Source: a virus
Reading direction: 5' to 3' (one strand)
Virus record (IMG/VR): IMGVR_UViG_3300025096_003363
Span: 34,843-98,842 of that record
DNA: 64,000 nucleotides
The notes below the pieces were generated by a model, which worked only from the letters and a program-made list of their open reading frames with translations, did no database searches and was not told where the DNA came from. Shown here piece after piece: positions 28,143 through 37,796 of the stretch (its first letter is position 1; each line of letters starts with the position of its first letter). A program made the translations under genes and the position numbers.

Positions 28143-28477
28143 CATCACAACATAAAAAGAACAAATTAAGAACCCCGGGATACTTTATAAAGAGATTAAA
28201 AGATAATAATTTTGTAACATTGCGAATGTTTCATAAGTATAGTCCAACTGATCCTCGGAGATGGACAGTGTTAGTCGATCCGGGTGGATCCTCTGTATTT
28301 GTTACATGCTTCGAGAATACGCCGTTTGTAGGGGAATATTTGTTTAGTTTTAATGACGGTAATCAAAATTTTAATAATAACTTTAGCTTAAAAACTGACT
28401 CGATCGAGGTTGTTGTTAGTAAACTGCTAAAAACCGGAGTGCGACAAAATGATAAGAGCGATTTTTTAGATAAATAA
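28139..28477 (+). CDS. Hypothetical protein
   Basis: ATGA-coupled to gp45. Confidence 0.65.
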   Translation: MTSQHKKNKLRTPGYFIKRLKDNNFVTLRMFHKYSPTDPRRWTVLVDPGGSSVFVTCFENTPFVGEYLFSFNDGNQNFNNNFSLKTDSIEVVVSKLLKTGVRQNDKSDFLDK

Positions 28478-28481
28478 TAAT

Positions 28482-28817
28482 ATGAGCGACGAAGTTAACC
28501 AAAACTCTGAAAATTTCGATAATGATGAAGAGTTAAGAGAAATGGTTGAAAAGGCTCTAAAGCAAAGTCTTGTTGAGAGGAAGACATTTAAAAGAAGACA
28601 AGACTTAGCGCTAAGATTGAGTAATATTATTAGTGAATATTTAGATTGTTATATTTTATTGGGTTATGACTTTCAAGGAAGACATCTAGATATAAAATCG
28701 TCCAAAACACCACAACAAACTGAAGCGCTACATTCATTCCTATTAAAATATTTTGCCTCTGAAATGCATCATATAAAAGGGTTAGATCATGGCATGGGTC
28801 CAGATGAAATACTGTAA
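28482..28817 (+). CDS. Hypothetical protein
   Basis: ORF with TAAATA 5 nt upstream. Confidence 0.6.
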   Translation: MSDEVNQNSENFDNDEELREMVEKALKQSLVERKTFKRRQDLALRLSNIISEYLDCYILLGYDFQGRHLDIKSSKTPQQTEALHSFLLKYFASEMHHIKGLDHGMGPDEIL

Positions 28818-29118
28818 AAGAGATATATATGCTGTTGAAACAGGCGACTACGTAGGGCAGATGTTTGCTATAGTCGACCTTAAAGATGATACTATCGGCT
28901 GTCTTTCGCTTCCACGAATGGAAAATATTGATGTTCCAAAAGAATCATTTGATACCGGAAGGAACGGTGATATAATTAAATTTGTAGAGAAGCTTCCAGA
29001 AGACGTTTTTTCGGTTGTAGAGGCACAATATATAAAGAATGAAAACTCTAATAATAGACGGGAACAACTTAATACACCGAACGTTTTATACGGCGAAAGC
29101 ACAGTCAAAAAAGACTGA
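28804..29118 (+). CDS. Hypothetical protein
   Basis: Start reassigned to ATG 28804; overlaps both neighbours in operon fashion. Confidence 0.55.
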   Translation: MKYCKRDIYAVETGDYVGQMFAIVDLKDDTIGCLSLPRMENIDVPKESFDTGRNGDIIKFVEKLPEDVFSVVEAQYIKNENSNNRREQLNTPNVLYGESTVKKD

Positions 29119-29923
29119 AGCACACACAGATTATCAAGTAAGCAACTTTCATATATACTTTACGCTTAACGCTGTGAGCTCCTACGTGAAGCAATTTGTT
29201 CCAGATACCACTATATTTGTGTGGGATGAAAAAAAAGACCATAAACCTAATATACGTAAGAGTATTTTAAAGGAATATAAGGGTAATAGGAGTAACGATC
29301 CATCACCACATGAAAATAACGAAGTAATTAAGTCTATACTGTATTCAATGGGGATTAACTCTATTTTCCCAAGTCAGTTAGAAGCAGATGATATTGTAGC
29401 GTATATTTGTAGAGAGCATGAAGGTAGCAAGGTTATTGTTTCAGTAGATCAAGATTTTTTGCAGTTGGTTAGCTCTGAATGTACCTTATATGATCCGATC
29501 CGTAAAAAGTTTTTTGAAAAGGGTAACTTTGAAGAGCAAACCGGTTATGAGAATGTTGAACAATGGTATACAGCAAAATGCTTAACAGGTGACGCATCAG
29601 ATAATGTACCCGGCATACCGCGATTTGGTAAAGCTTCAGTTAGAAAATATTTAGATGACCCAGGTTATCTATTAGATGAAAAACAACAAAAAATATTTAG
29701 GCGTAACGCTGACATATTTTGTTTAGATAAGTATATACAATTACCGGAAGAAAGACAATACTATAAGGACCAATTAGCAGTTAAACTGGATCCTTGTTAT
29801 AAGACGTTTCTTGAGTATTGTAGAGAATACAACTTTAACCGTATTCTTGATAAAAAAGAAGATTGGCATAATTTGTTTTTTATGAAAAGTCTTTATAATA
29901 AATTAAATGATATCGCTTCCTGA
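29039..29923 (+). CDS. rnh: T4 RNase H-like 5'-3' exonuclease (FEN family)
   Basis: IIDGNNL, YKGNR, LEADD, SVDQDFLQL and GDASDNVPG. Confidence 0.9.
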   Translation: MKTLIIDGNNLIHRTFYTAKAQSKKTEAHTDYQVSNFHIYFTLNAVSSYVKQFVPDTTIFVWDEKKDHKPNIRKSILKEYKGNRSNDPSPHENNEVIKSILYSMGINSIFPSQLEADDIVAYICREHEGSKVIVSVDQDFLQLVSSECTLYDPIRKKFFEKGNFEEQTGYENVEQWYTAKCLTGDASDNVPGIPRFGKASVRKYLDDPGYLLDEKQQKIFRRNADIFCLDKYIQLPEERQYYKDQLAVKLDPCYKTFLEYCREYNFNRILDKKEDWHNLFFMKSLYNKLNDIAS

Positions 29924-30968
29924 AGACTTTGTCATACTTAAGTTTTTTGAGCTAGGGTTCTATCCAAAGTATAATAAATTTAACAATGTATATCAATGCA
30001 GCTGTCCTATTTGTAGAGAAGGTAAGTCATTAGGTAAAAAACGTCGTTGTTATTATATACCAAAAAACGAAAACATATTTTGTCACAATTGTGGTTGGTC
30101 TGGAAAACCGTTAAGATGGATTAAGGAAGTTGCCGGCAATACTGATGAGGAAATTATTAAGGAATTAAAGGAATACATTCCTAATGCTGAAGACATAACT
30201 GAAAGAGATGAAAAACCTAAGTCAGATTTTAAAGTCGAGACCTTGCCTAAGGATAGTATTAATTTGTCTGATAAGTTTCAACTTGACTATTATAGTAGCA
30301 ACAATATTGTTACGGCTGTTAGATATCTTATTACTAAACGGAGATTAGATACTGCAGTTAATCGACCTGATAATTTATATGTTTCTTTAGTAGATAGAGT
30401 TCATAAGAATAGACTTGTTATACCTTTTATAAATGAAAATAAAGAGATTGAGTTTTATCAAACTCGTACAGTTTTAAATAAAGACGGTAGGACTAAACCT
30501 AAGTATCTTGGTAAAGTTCAAGCTGAAAAAACGCTATTTAATATAGATAGAGTTAGTAATGATCATGATAAAGTTTATATTTTTGAAGGACCATTAAATG
30601 CTTTCTTTACTAAAAATTCTATAGCAGTAGCTGGTATTACTGAAAGAGGTAGATCATTTACTCAAAGACAAGAACAACAGCTTAATAATACTCTAAAATG
30701 GTATGATAAGGTGTGGATACTTGATTCTCAGTGGGTTGATCAAGCTTCATTAGTAAAATCAGAAGCATTACTAAAGCAAAAGGAGAAAGTTTTTATATGG
30801 CCAGAAAAATTTGGTAAAAGATTTAAAGATTTTAATGATATTGCAATAGCATGCAAAGTAGATGAGATTAAATGGGATTTTATAGAAAAAAATACCTTCG
30901 AAAGACTCGAAGGTATTGTGAGGTTATCTGAAATTAAAAAATATCGAAATCAGACGTATTTAAATTGA
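29907..30968 (+). CDS. gp61: DNA primase gp61
   Basis: CPIC...CHNCG zinc finger, LVIPF, FEGP TOPRIM glutamate and KDFND. Confidence 0.9.
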   Translation: MISLPEDFVILKFFELGFYPKYNKFNNVYQCSCPICREGKSLGKKRRCYYIPKNENIFCHNCGWSGKPLRWIKEVAGNTDEEIIKELKEYIPNAEDITERDEKPKSDFKVETLPKDSINLSDKFQLDYYSSNNIVTAVRYLITKRRLDTAVNRPDNLYVSLVDRVHKNRLVIPFINENKEIEFYQTRTVLNKDGRTKPKYLGKVQAEKTLFNIDRVSNDHDKVYIFEGPLNAFFTKNSIAVAGITERGRSFTQRQEQQLNNTLKWYDKVWILDSQWVDQASLVKSEALLKQKEKVFIWPEKFGKRFKDFNDIAIACKVDEIKWDFIEKNTFERLEGIVRLSEIKKYRNQTYLN

Positions 30969-31387
30969 GCATTACCAGTCTGTGCAATATAACCTTTAAA
31001 CGACTCATTTAGAGCAGCAAGCTCTGTAGCGACTCTAGCAATTTTACGCTGTTCTGAAGCTTTCATTCGATCAAAGATTGTATCAGGCTCAGCACTAGCT
31101 AAAAGGGTTTGAATAGAATCAGCATCTTCACCATTTAGATAATGCAGAAACCCATCAATTTCATCAATCCACCCTTTTAAAGTAGCTCTCATAGCTGCAT
31201 TACGCTCTTCTACTGCTACAGCGGCCCTTACGTTAGGGTCATCTTCTACAACAGTCTCATCAACTTCAACATCTACATCAAAATCCCCTGCACTAGTATC
31301 ATCCTCTAATTCTGCCTCAAATGCTACTCTATCCTCGTCTGCTTGTTCATTGAGAGATTTAAAAAAACGTCTTTCGAATTTGGTCAT
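30950..31387 (-). CDS. Acidic late protein, possible internal head protein
   Basis: MTKFERRFFKSLNE N-terminus; TAAATA 5 nt upstream. Confidence 0.65.
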   Translation of the reverse strand: MTKFERRFFKSLNEQADEDRVAFEAELEDDTSAGDFDVDVEVDETVVEDDPNVRAAVAVEERNAAMRATLKGWIDEIDGFLHYLNGEDADSIQTLLASAEPDTIFDRMKASEQRKIARVATELAALNESFKGYIAQTGNAQFKYV

Positions 31388-31392
31388 AAAAT

Positions 31393-31414
31393 TATTTAGT
31401 CTCTAGCATAAATA
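31393..31414. promoter_or_regulatory. Back-to-back late promoters
   Basis: TAAATA on - (31398..31393) and on + (31409-31414), each 5 nt from an ATG. Confidence 0.65.
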
Positions 31415-31419
31415 ATTAC

Positions 31420-31746
31420 ATGGACGGACCGGAATTTCCTTATAGCGTAGGCCCAGAAGATAATCCTATTAATTTTCATATGAATGTACAAGATCAAATA
31501 GATATGTACAAGGATAACGAAAAACATCAAAAAGCCCCGCCAATTTTACCTTTTGAACTAGAACAAATGAATGAACTCCTTGGTAATACGTTTGTCTCTT
31601 TAGCTGAACTAAGAAATATGCTTTCGAAAGCAAAAGCTAATGAAAATATTTCATCCGGAGCAATTAATCAAATAAATGATAAAATTGATAAAATTAACGA
31701 ACTTATCCTTGATATTCCGGAAGATCTATCTAAAATAGCTATATGA
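31420..31746 (+). CDS. Hypothetical late coiled-coil protein
   Basis: ORF with late motif; heptad-like C-terminus. Confidence 0.6.
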   Translation: MDGPEFPYSVGPEDNPINFHMNVQDQIDMYKDNEKHQKAPPILPFELEQMNELLGNTFVSLAELRNMLSKAKANENISSGAINQINDKIDKINELILDIPEDLSKIAI

Positions 31747-32204
31747 CTATTTTTAGATCGATACTAATTACATGTATCGTATCAGCTCTATTCGGTTTTG
31801 CACTTCGTAATGCATTTGGCTTTTGGGAAGCCGCTACTTTAGCATTTGTGCTTCAATTTATTACGGCTTTTGTTGTTTCCTCCTTTAAGTTAAATAAGGT
31901 AAGTAATCTTACCATGGAGTTTGAAGCCGAATTGCAGCAGTTATTAGATCTTAATGAAGCTCAAATTATATGCCCATGTAATAATAATACCTTTATGGAA
32001 AATATATTTATTAATATGGATAACACATATACATGTGAAAAATGTAACAACACATATAGGGTTGATGTTAATTTAGTTCCAACACTACTTACAGAGACAG
32101 TAAATGTAAACAAAACGTTTGCTGACCTAACAAAAGGAGTAAAAGAAATAGAAGATAATAATATCAAAATAACATCAGAGTATACTCAAGGAACGGAACT
32201 ATAA
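31743..32204 (+). CDS. Membrane protein with two N-terminal TM helices and a Zn-ribbon-like motif
   Basis: Hydrophobic residues ~4-48; CPC...CEKC. Confidence 0.6.
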   Translation: MTIFRSILITCIVSALFGFALRNAFGFWEAATLAFVLQFITAFVVSSFKLNKVSNLTMEFEAELQQLLDLNEAQIICPCNNNTFMENIFINMDNTYTCEKCNNTYRVDVNLVPTLLTETVNVNKTFADLTKGVKEIEDNNIKITSEYTQGTEL

Positions 32205-32215
32205 TACAATAAAGT

Positions 32216-32449
32216 ATGGAAAAACATAAATTTAAATTAAAAGATGGTTCAACGAAAACTATGGAATTTGATGAATTGGTTCGTTGGGCTTGCTTGGTAG
32301 AAGCACTGGAAGTAGTCGGGGGGAAGGAAGATATAGATATTGAAAGTAATAAATGGATTAAACCATTAGCATTTCAAAAATATATTGATGAGCGATTCCA
32401 CTCAATGAAGCACGATCTTAAAGTTGAAGCTACTCTAGGTAATTTATAA
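32216..32449 (+). CDS. Hypothetical protein
   Basis: ORF with TATAAT/TACAAT just upstream. Confidence 0.55.
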   Translation: MEKHKFKLKDGSTKTMEFDELVRWACLVEALEVVGGKEDIDIESNKWIKPLAFQKYIDERFHSMKHDLKVEATLGNL

Positions 32450-33271
32450 TCCTAGCTCTTCTTTCACAGTTTGGATATACTCACTTGACACTTTATCTTT
32501 AAACTTGTCAATAACTTCGGTGGTATCTTTTCCAATTTCTTGGAAACCAATCATATAATTTCGGAACCGATCCTCTCTTGTTGGCTTAAACGGAGCTCCT
32601 AGTGGTCTTCCAAATCTATGTACCCATCTAAGAAACGGTAGGCATACTGATCGCCGACCCGCGTTGCGGTATTTTTCATGAATATACCCTTCTTCACCCC
32701 CAAACCCTCTAAACTTTTTGTTAAAGCCTAACCAGCTATCTTTTCTACATGTAAAGAGTCCAAGACCTTGAGCTTGGATTTCAAATGGCTTCCCGTTAGG
32801 GTCATCACCCCTTTTATCTGATCCCCAGACGCCCCACATATCACTACCCCATTTATCTAGATCAAAATGAGTAGCTGTATTTTTCATATCGTCATATAGT
32901 AGAGGGCCTTGCAATAAATTACCTTTATCCTTTCCAGCATCATAATAATCTAAAAGCTTTTTTAAGCTCCCCGGGTCAATTAATACATGACAGTCCATTA
33001 CTAATACGTATTCAGTATTCGCTAATCCAAATATTTTGTGTCTTAAAGAAGTTGCGGAAAATGCATCAAATTCAACATAAGTTAAAGGCTCTTTAATCCA
33101 TTCAGCAAATTTACGTATCTCTCTTCCTTGTGGTGATTTTGGATTGTTATTAATAATAACAAATTCTAGTCGATCTAAAATTTCTTTATGATACAATCTT
33201 AAAGACTGTATTGTAAAATAAAGTCCTTCATAGTCGTCATAAACACAGGTTCCAATAGTAAGTTTTCCCAC
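32444..33271 (-). CDS. Glycosyltransferase (GT-A/GT2-like)
   Basis: LTIGTCVYDD, VIINN, YVLVMDCHV (DxH), GLGLF, GFN..FRGFGGEEGY and WVHRF. Confidence 0.8.
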   Translation of the reverse strand: MGKLTIGTCVYDDYEGLYFTIQSLRLYHKEILDRLEFVIINNNPKSPQGREIRKFAEWIKEPLTYVEFDAFSATSLRHKIFGLANTEYVLVMDCHVLIDPGSLKKLLDYYDAGKDKGNLLQGPLLYDDMKNTATHFDLDKWGSDMWGVWGSDKRGDDPNGKPFEIQAQGLGLFTCRKDSWLGFNKKFRGFGGEEGYIHEKYRNAGRRSVCLPFLRWVHRFGRPLGAPFKPTREDRFRNYMIGFQEIGKDTTEVIDKFKDKVSSEYIQTVKEELGL

Positions 33272-33282
33272 ATTATTAATTA

Positions 33283-36200
33283 CTAAAATTGCAAATTATT
33301 GCAATCCGGATCTTCGGGACATATCGTTGTAGTTGTAGTCGTTGGAGCCGGGGTAGTAGTCGTCGTGGTAGTAGTCGTCGTCGTGGTCGTAGTTATTATT
33401 TGTTCTTCTATTAAGAAAGGTACCTGCAGCGGTAGGATCGGCGCCGGGTATATAAACACCGGGTCCTCCGGTTCCGGTTCCGGTTGCGGCGGATCCGGCG
33501 GATCCGGCGGATCCGGCGGCTGCGGCAGTGGCGGTTCAACAATTATAGTCGGTGGCACCCTGGTTGGAGGAACAGTACATGGGGGCGGTGGAGTTGTGTA
33601 GGGCGGCGTCGTATAAGGCGGCGTCGTATAAGGCGGCGTCGTATAAGGCGGAGTTGTGTACGGTGGTGGAGTTGTGTAAGGTGGTGGAGTTGTGTACGGT
33701 GGTGTTGTAGGATCATCGTATATTTTAAAATCACCAGACGGTCCACCGTTCGTATAACCACCCGGCCAATTAGACCCGGGTAAATCATTAGTATTCTCTA
33801 GACCGCTGGGTGTATCAATGACCTCTTCACGCGTGCTGGGATCTGTGACATCATCGTCCTCCTCCTCTAAATACGGATCAACAAAGACGTCTTTTTTAAG
33901 AAGAGGGTCGAGTCCACCGGAGTCAATGTCAATGATGGGACCTTCTTTGGTTTGGGTTGTATCATCCGTTTCCTCGATCTTTGTGCGAGGATCAGTAGGA
34001 TCGAGGCCACCAGGGTCAATGATGGGACCTTCACTTCCTTCCCCGGCATTTGGATCCCATGGACCGGCCGCCGACATCCGCCAGCCAGATGGCAGCTCAA
34101 ACGGGTCACTTCCTTCCCCGGCATTTGGATCATATGGGCCAGCCGCTGACATCACCCAACCGGGTGGCAGAATAGGATCAGCAACCTGATCAGGTTGGTA
34201 CGTTATTGGTTTTGAAGCTGATATTGCTTTATCAATATCAACTGTCTGCAAAACATAACTAGGCGACCCGGCATTATGGCTAAGGCGCTCCATTGCCGCA
34301 TTAATCTCATTTTGAGTATCGGGGTTCCCATAAAAAGGTCCACCGCCGGTGGTTGTATGAGTCTCAACTAAAATAGGTGTGTTATTAGTGTATATAAATG
34401 ACGGAGCACTACTATCACCCCTTTCCAATAATTCTTGGAAACTACTCTCTGGTATAGGTAGAGCAATGCTTACAGTTTCAGGATTTGCTCCGCGCTCTGA
34501 CCGGCCACGGTCGAATGTCATTACTCTTGGAATTGATTTTCTTTCCGCATCAACTGTAACAACATATGAATCCTGTAAAATATAATTATAATCCGTACGT
34601 GGTTCAGGAACGGGGTAAATAGCAGTGTTTTCAACCGGTGAATCAAAAATTCCGACACTTATATCCAGACTGCGGTCGCCAATCTTGATTCTTTCAACAA
34701 TATTTCTAGTTACTCTATTTCCATCTTTATCTATAAAATTTACAACGCCATCGGCACTATCACCCGGATACCGTACGTCCCAATGCTTGGACATTACGAA
34801 GTGAATTGGAGACACCATGGTTATTGATTTTTCTGTCGCGGCTCTCCAATTATTCGGATTAAAACCAACTCCACGTTCACTTATACCTGATATATCCAAT
34901 TTACCGGCAATTGGTAAGTTAGATACTAATAACCTGTTTATGAGTTTTTTAGTTTCAGACTCTGGTTCTGGACTTTCTCTTTGCTGTTGTACAGTTAAAG
35001 TGAATATCCGTGTTAGATATACTTGTATATCTTCCAATAACCACTCTGACAACATTCCGCTGGGGTCGTCCTCCACTCCACTGTTAATATCTGTAAGTCT
35101 TTGCTGATCAGCTTGTAGTCTTTGAGTGAGTTCCTCCAAACTTAAAGTTGGTAATATACTGTCTCTGAAACTCCTCCTCGCCTCCAACCGTCTTTGGTTT
35201 GCAGCATTTAAAAGCTCTTGCCGAGTCGTTTCATTTTGCTCACTTTCAGCTTCCTGTCGTTCTCTTTCTATTCTAGCTTCTTCAGCTATAGCTGCCTTAC
35301 TCGCGGCGACCGCAGCCGCCTCTTCCTGTAACTGCCTTAATCTAGCCTGTTCTAGCGATTTTTGTTCAGCTTCATAAGCAGCCGCCTTCCTAGCTGCCAC
35401 TTCAGCGTCACGTATTGCATCGGAAGTCGCTTCACCGGCTTTTGATAATCTACCGGCAGTGGTTGGCTTATCCGGTGTAGCCGCTGTATATAGCCTCCTA
35501 CCTTGGGTGATCTGCTCCTCTGCTTTAGTTGCTTGCGCTGCTTGTGCAGTTGCTTCTGCATCTGCCTGCGAGCGTGCCGCTTCTGCTTCCGCTTTTGCTG
35601 CCTCAGCAGCCGCGAGCGCCTCTGCCGCGACCTCTGCCGCGGCCTGAGCTATGCTTTCCGCTTTTGCCTGTGCTGCTGCATTTGCTGCGGCTCGAGCCGC
35701 GGTCTGAGCCGCAGATTCCGCTGCTGTACGTTCCGCTTGCGCAGCCGCGGCATCTACCGCGGCCTGAGCTGCTAATTCTGCCGCTTCTGCTTCTGCCTGC
35801 GCAGATGCTTCCGCTTTTGCTGCAGCATCTGCTGCCCTCACCGCTTCCTCCTCCTGTTGTCGAAGTTGATCAACCTGTTCTTGCGAGATTCTAAATTCGT
35901 CTTGAGGGTTAGGTATATTTTGTGTTATCCTTTGTGATACAGGCTTACCTTCAACAAATTGCTGTAACGAAATGGTAACATCCATACTACCGTCTTCAGC
36001 AACTTGATCTGCAATAAGTGTTAACCCATCAGCATTTATATTTACCCATGGGGTGGGTAACCCCCATACAGAAGCAGGTGTAGTACCACTAGCACCGTCC
36101 CAAAGCTCTTCTTTAGTTTGATAATCCTCAATAAAGATCTCAACCTCACCATCAAGCTCTCTAGATACTTGTACATAATCTACATTAACAGTACCTGTTG

Positions 36201-36660
36201 TGTTTTTAAAAGAGTTTGGAGCTCCACCACCGCCCAGTTGAGGGTAAGCGACAACAGTCACACCAACATCTATTAGTCCAACGTCCGGGCTGCCTAAATT
36301 TGAAGCCGCAGGCTCTACCGCGGTAGTTGGCTGATTAGGATCCGTATCCTCTGTGTCCGCGGTTGATGGTCCCGTAACGACCGGAACGACCGGATCAATT
36401 GGAGACACCGCACCTGGAGACACCGCACCTGGATTACAAAGCGCTGGGTCAGGTGGCACCTCATATGGGCCAGCCGCTGACATCCGGATCTCAGGCTGCA
36501 CCTTATATGGCCCGGCTGCTGACATCCGCCAGCCGGGTGGCAGCTCCGGTTCACTTCCTTCCCCGGCATATGGATCATATGGCCCGGCCGCTGACATCAG
36601 CCAGCCAGGTGGCAGCTCCGGGTCACCGCCATTCACGGAATATGGATCATCTATTGGCAT
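33283..36660 (-). CDS. Large repetitive virion-associated protein with Ala-rich coiled coil, trypsin-like domain and Pro/Thr-rich tail
   Basis: SPIHFVMSKHW (His), DISVG (Asp), GDSSAP (Ser); MSAAGP repeats; TTPPY repeats and poly-Thr. Confidence 0.65.
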   Translation of the reverse strand: MPIDDPYSVNGGDPELPPGWLMSAAGPYDPYAGEGSEPELPPGWRMSAAGPYKVQPEIRMSAAGPYEVPPDPALCNPGAVSPGAVSPIDPVVPVVTGPSTADTEDTDPNQPTTAVEPAASNLGSPDVGLIDVGVTVVAYPQLGGGGAPNSFKNTTGTVNVDYVQVSRELDGEVEIFIEDYQTKEELWDGASGTTPASVWGLPTPWVNINADGLTLIADQVAEDGSMDVTISLQQFVEGKPVSQRITQNIPNPQDEFRISQEQVDQLRQQEEEAVRAADAAAKAEASAQAEAEAAELAAQAAVDAAAAQAERTAAESAAQTAARAAANAAAQAKAESIAQAAAEVAAEALAAAEAAKAEAEAARSQADAEATAQAAQATKAEEQITQGRRLYTAATPDKPTTAGRLSKAGEATSDAIRDAEVAARKAAAYEAEQKSLEQARLRQLQEEAAAVAASKAAIAEEARIERERQEAESEQNETTRQELLNAANQRRLEARRSFRDSILPTLSLEELTQRLQADQQRLTDINSGVEDDPSGMLSEWLLEDIQVYLTRIFTLTVQQQRESPEPESETKKLINRLLVSNLPIAGKLDISGISERGVGFNPNNWRAATEKSITMVSPIHFVMSKHWDVRYPGDSADGVVNFIDKDGNRVTRNIVERIKIGDRSLDISVGIFDSPVENTAIYPVPEPRTDYNYILQDSYVVTVDAERKSIPRVMTFDRGRSERGANPETVSIALPIPESSFQELLERGDSSAPSFIYTNNTPILVETHTTTGGGPFYGNPDTQNEINAAMERLSHNAGSPSYVLQTVDIDKAISASKPITYQPDQVADPILPPGWVMSAAGPYDPNAGEGSDPFELPSGWRMSAAGPWDPNAGEGSEGPIIDPGGLDPTDPRTKIEETDDTTQTKEGPIIDIDSGGLDPLLKKDVFVDPYLEEEDDDVTDPSTREEVIDTPSGLENTNDLPGSNWPGGYTNGGPSGDFKIYDDPTTPPYTTPPPYTTPPPYTTPPYTTPPYTTPPYTTPPYTTPPPPCTVPPTRVPPTIIVEPPLPQPPDPPDPPDPPQPEPEPEDPVFIYPAPILPLQVPFLIEEQIITTTTTTTTTTTTTTPAPTTTTTTICPEDPDCNNLQF
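33326..33710 (-). repeat. Coding tandem repeats: poly-Thr, (PPD)x3 and (TTPPY/TTPPPY)x7
   Basis: GGCGGATCC x3 and GGCGGCGTCGTATAA-type 15/18-nt units visible in the DNA. Confidence 0.85.
34031..34170 (-). repeat. Two copies of a ~75-nt repeat (LPxGWxMSAAGPxDPNAGEGS)
   Basis: CACTTCCTTCCCCGGCATTTGGATC at ~34032 and ~34107. Confidence 0.85.
36464..36620 (-). repeat. Three further copies (one full, two partial) of the MSAAGP repeat at the 5' end of the gene
   Basis: ATATGGCCC/GGCC(G/A)GC(C/T)GCTGACATC units matching 34031-34170. Confidence 0.85.
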
Positions 36661-37559
36661 TATGCTGTTATACTAGATACGGTAGTATATGGTTTATCTG
36701 GCAATGTGCATAAACTTGGAGTTAATACGGTTTCTGTGAGTACTTCACTTCCTTCATAACCTTCAACGTGAAAATCTCTCAGAAAGAAGTCTTTCGCGCT
36801 TAGTGAATATCCACCTGCAGCTGCAGGTGTAGTTGAAGAAATTGGAGTGCTAAATGCAAATCCACAATAGATATTATCTAAATTAGATAACGTACTATAT
36901 CTAGACCCCATGTCAATTGCTGTTAGCAGAGTATACGTAGTGGTATTACTATCTCTTGAATCAATATATAGTGTTCTGCCCAAATTAACATATCTAAATC
37001 GTAATGTTCTATATGTATCAGTAGATATAGTACTAAAACTAGTAGATATAGAAGATAAATGATTATAAGCCAATACATTATGTAAATAGTCACGAACTAC
37101 AATTGACTCTCTTAATAGCTGATTCGGCTTTACACCTGGACGATCGTCTCTCCCAGTTAATGCATAACGCCCGGTTGAATCAAAACCAACCTTTACTAAC
37201 ATACCGCTTAATACAGCACCTTCTAGAAGAACTGTAGAATCGCCTTCAGTCTTTAATACTTCTGGTGTTTCCGTTAATAACGCATGCGCAGATAATACAA
37301 ATTCAGGGTCCTGATCACCGAGATATTGCCCAGGTAGAGTAGATATTGGTTGTACGAGATTTGTTAAAAAGGTTGAAAATCCTAGTTCATAGTTATGAAA
37401 TTGAGCTGTTGAGCCAAAACTTGTACTAGGTAATTTATACTGAAAGGACCACGTAATATCATAATTCGAATTAAACGCTTTTTTAGACTCAACAAACGTA
37501 TAATACCTTGCTAAAGAAGGTAATGATATATCAGACGGAAATCCTGCTAATGCTGCCAT
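36660..37559 (-). CDS. L-type (legume/ConA-like) lectin-fold virion protein
   Basis: DITWSF, GFSTFL, GQYLG, VKVGFDSTG and YCGFAFS pattern; TAAATA 5 nt upstream. Confidence 0.5.
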   Translation of the reverse strand: MAALAGFPSDISLPSLARYYTFVESKKAFNSNYDITWSFQYKLPSTSFGSTAQFHNYELGFSTFLTNLVQPISTLPGQYLGDQDPEFVLSAHALLTETPEVLKTEGDSTVLLEGAVLSGMLVKVGFDSTGRYALTGRDDRPGVKPNQLLRESIVVRDYLHNVLAYNHLSSISTSFSTISTDTYRTLRFRYVNLGRTLYIDSRDSNTTTYTLLTAIDMGSRYSTLSNLDNIYCGFAFSTPISSTTPAAAGGYSLSAKDFFLRDFHVEGYEGSEVLTETVLTPSLCTLPDKPYTTVSSITA

Positions 37560-37575
37560 ATATATATTTAATTAC

Positions 37576-37788
37576 TCATTCCTTTATAAAAAGACAGGTT
37601 AGAGAATTTGTTTTCTTAATCTGCGTCTTGAATGCTAAATCATATCCAAGTTTCCCTAATTCTATGTATAAAGTCTTAAAATGTTTAAAAGGGACATTAA
37701 GAAGAACACTATCCAACTCGCTATCATATATAACGTAGTCGGAAAACTCTTCACAGAGTGCACCAGCTCTGCAAAAACTTGCATTCAT
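37576..37788 (-). CDS. Small hypothetical protein
   Basis: ORF with TAAATA 5 nt upstream. Confidence 0.55.
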   Translation of the reverse strand: MNASFCRAGALCEEFSDYVIYDSELDSVLLNVPFKHFKTLYIELGKLGYDLAFKTQIKKTNSLTCLFIKE

Positions 37789-37796
37789 ACAAGTAT

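Noticed and set aside
8467-30968. Inteins or introns in uvsW, gp46, gp43, uvsX, gp41 and gp61
   Set aside because: Lengths and motif spacing are normal and reading frames are continuous
33326-36620. CRISPR-like array
   Set aside because: Repeats are in-frame coding repeats with no unique spacers of regular length and no cas genes
33283-36660. WW-domain (LPPGW) and PPxY eukaryotic motif mimicry
   Set aside because: LPPGW is not followed by the rest of a WW domain, and PPPY arises naturally within Pro/Thr repeats; no supporting context
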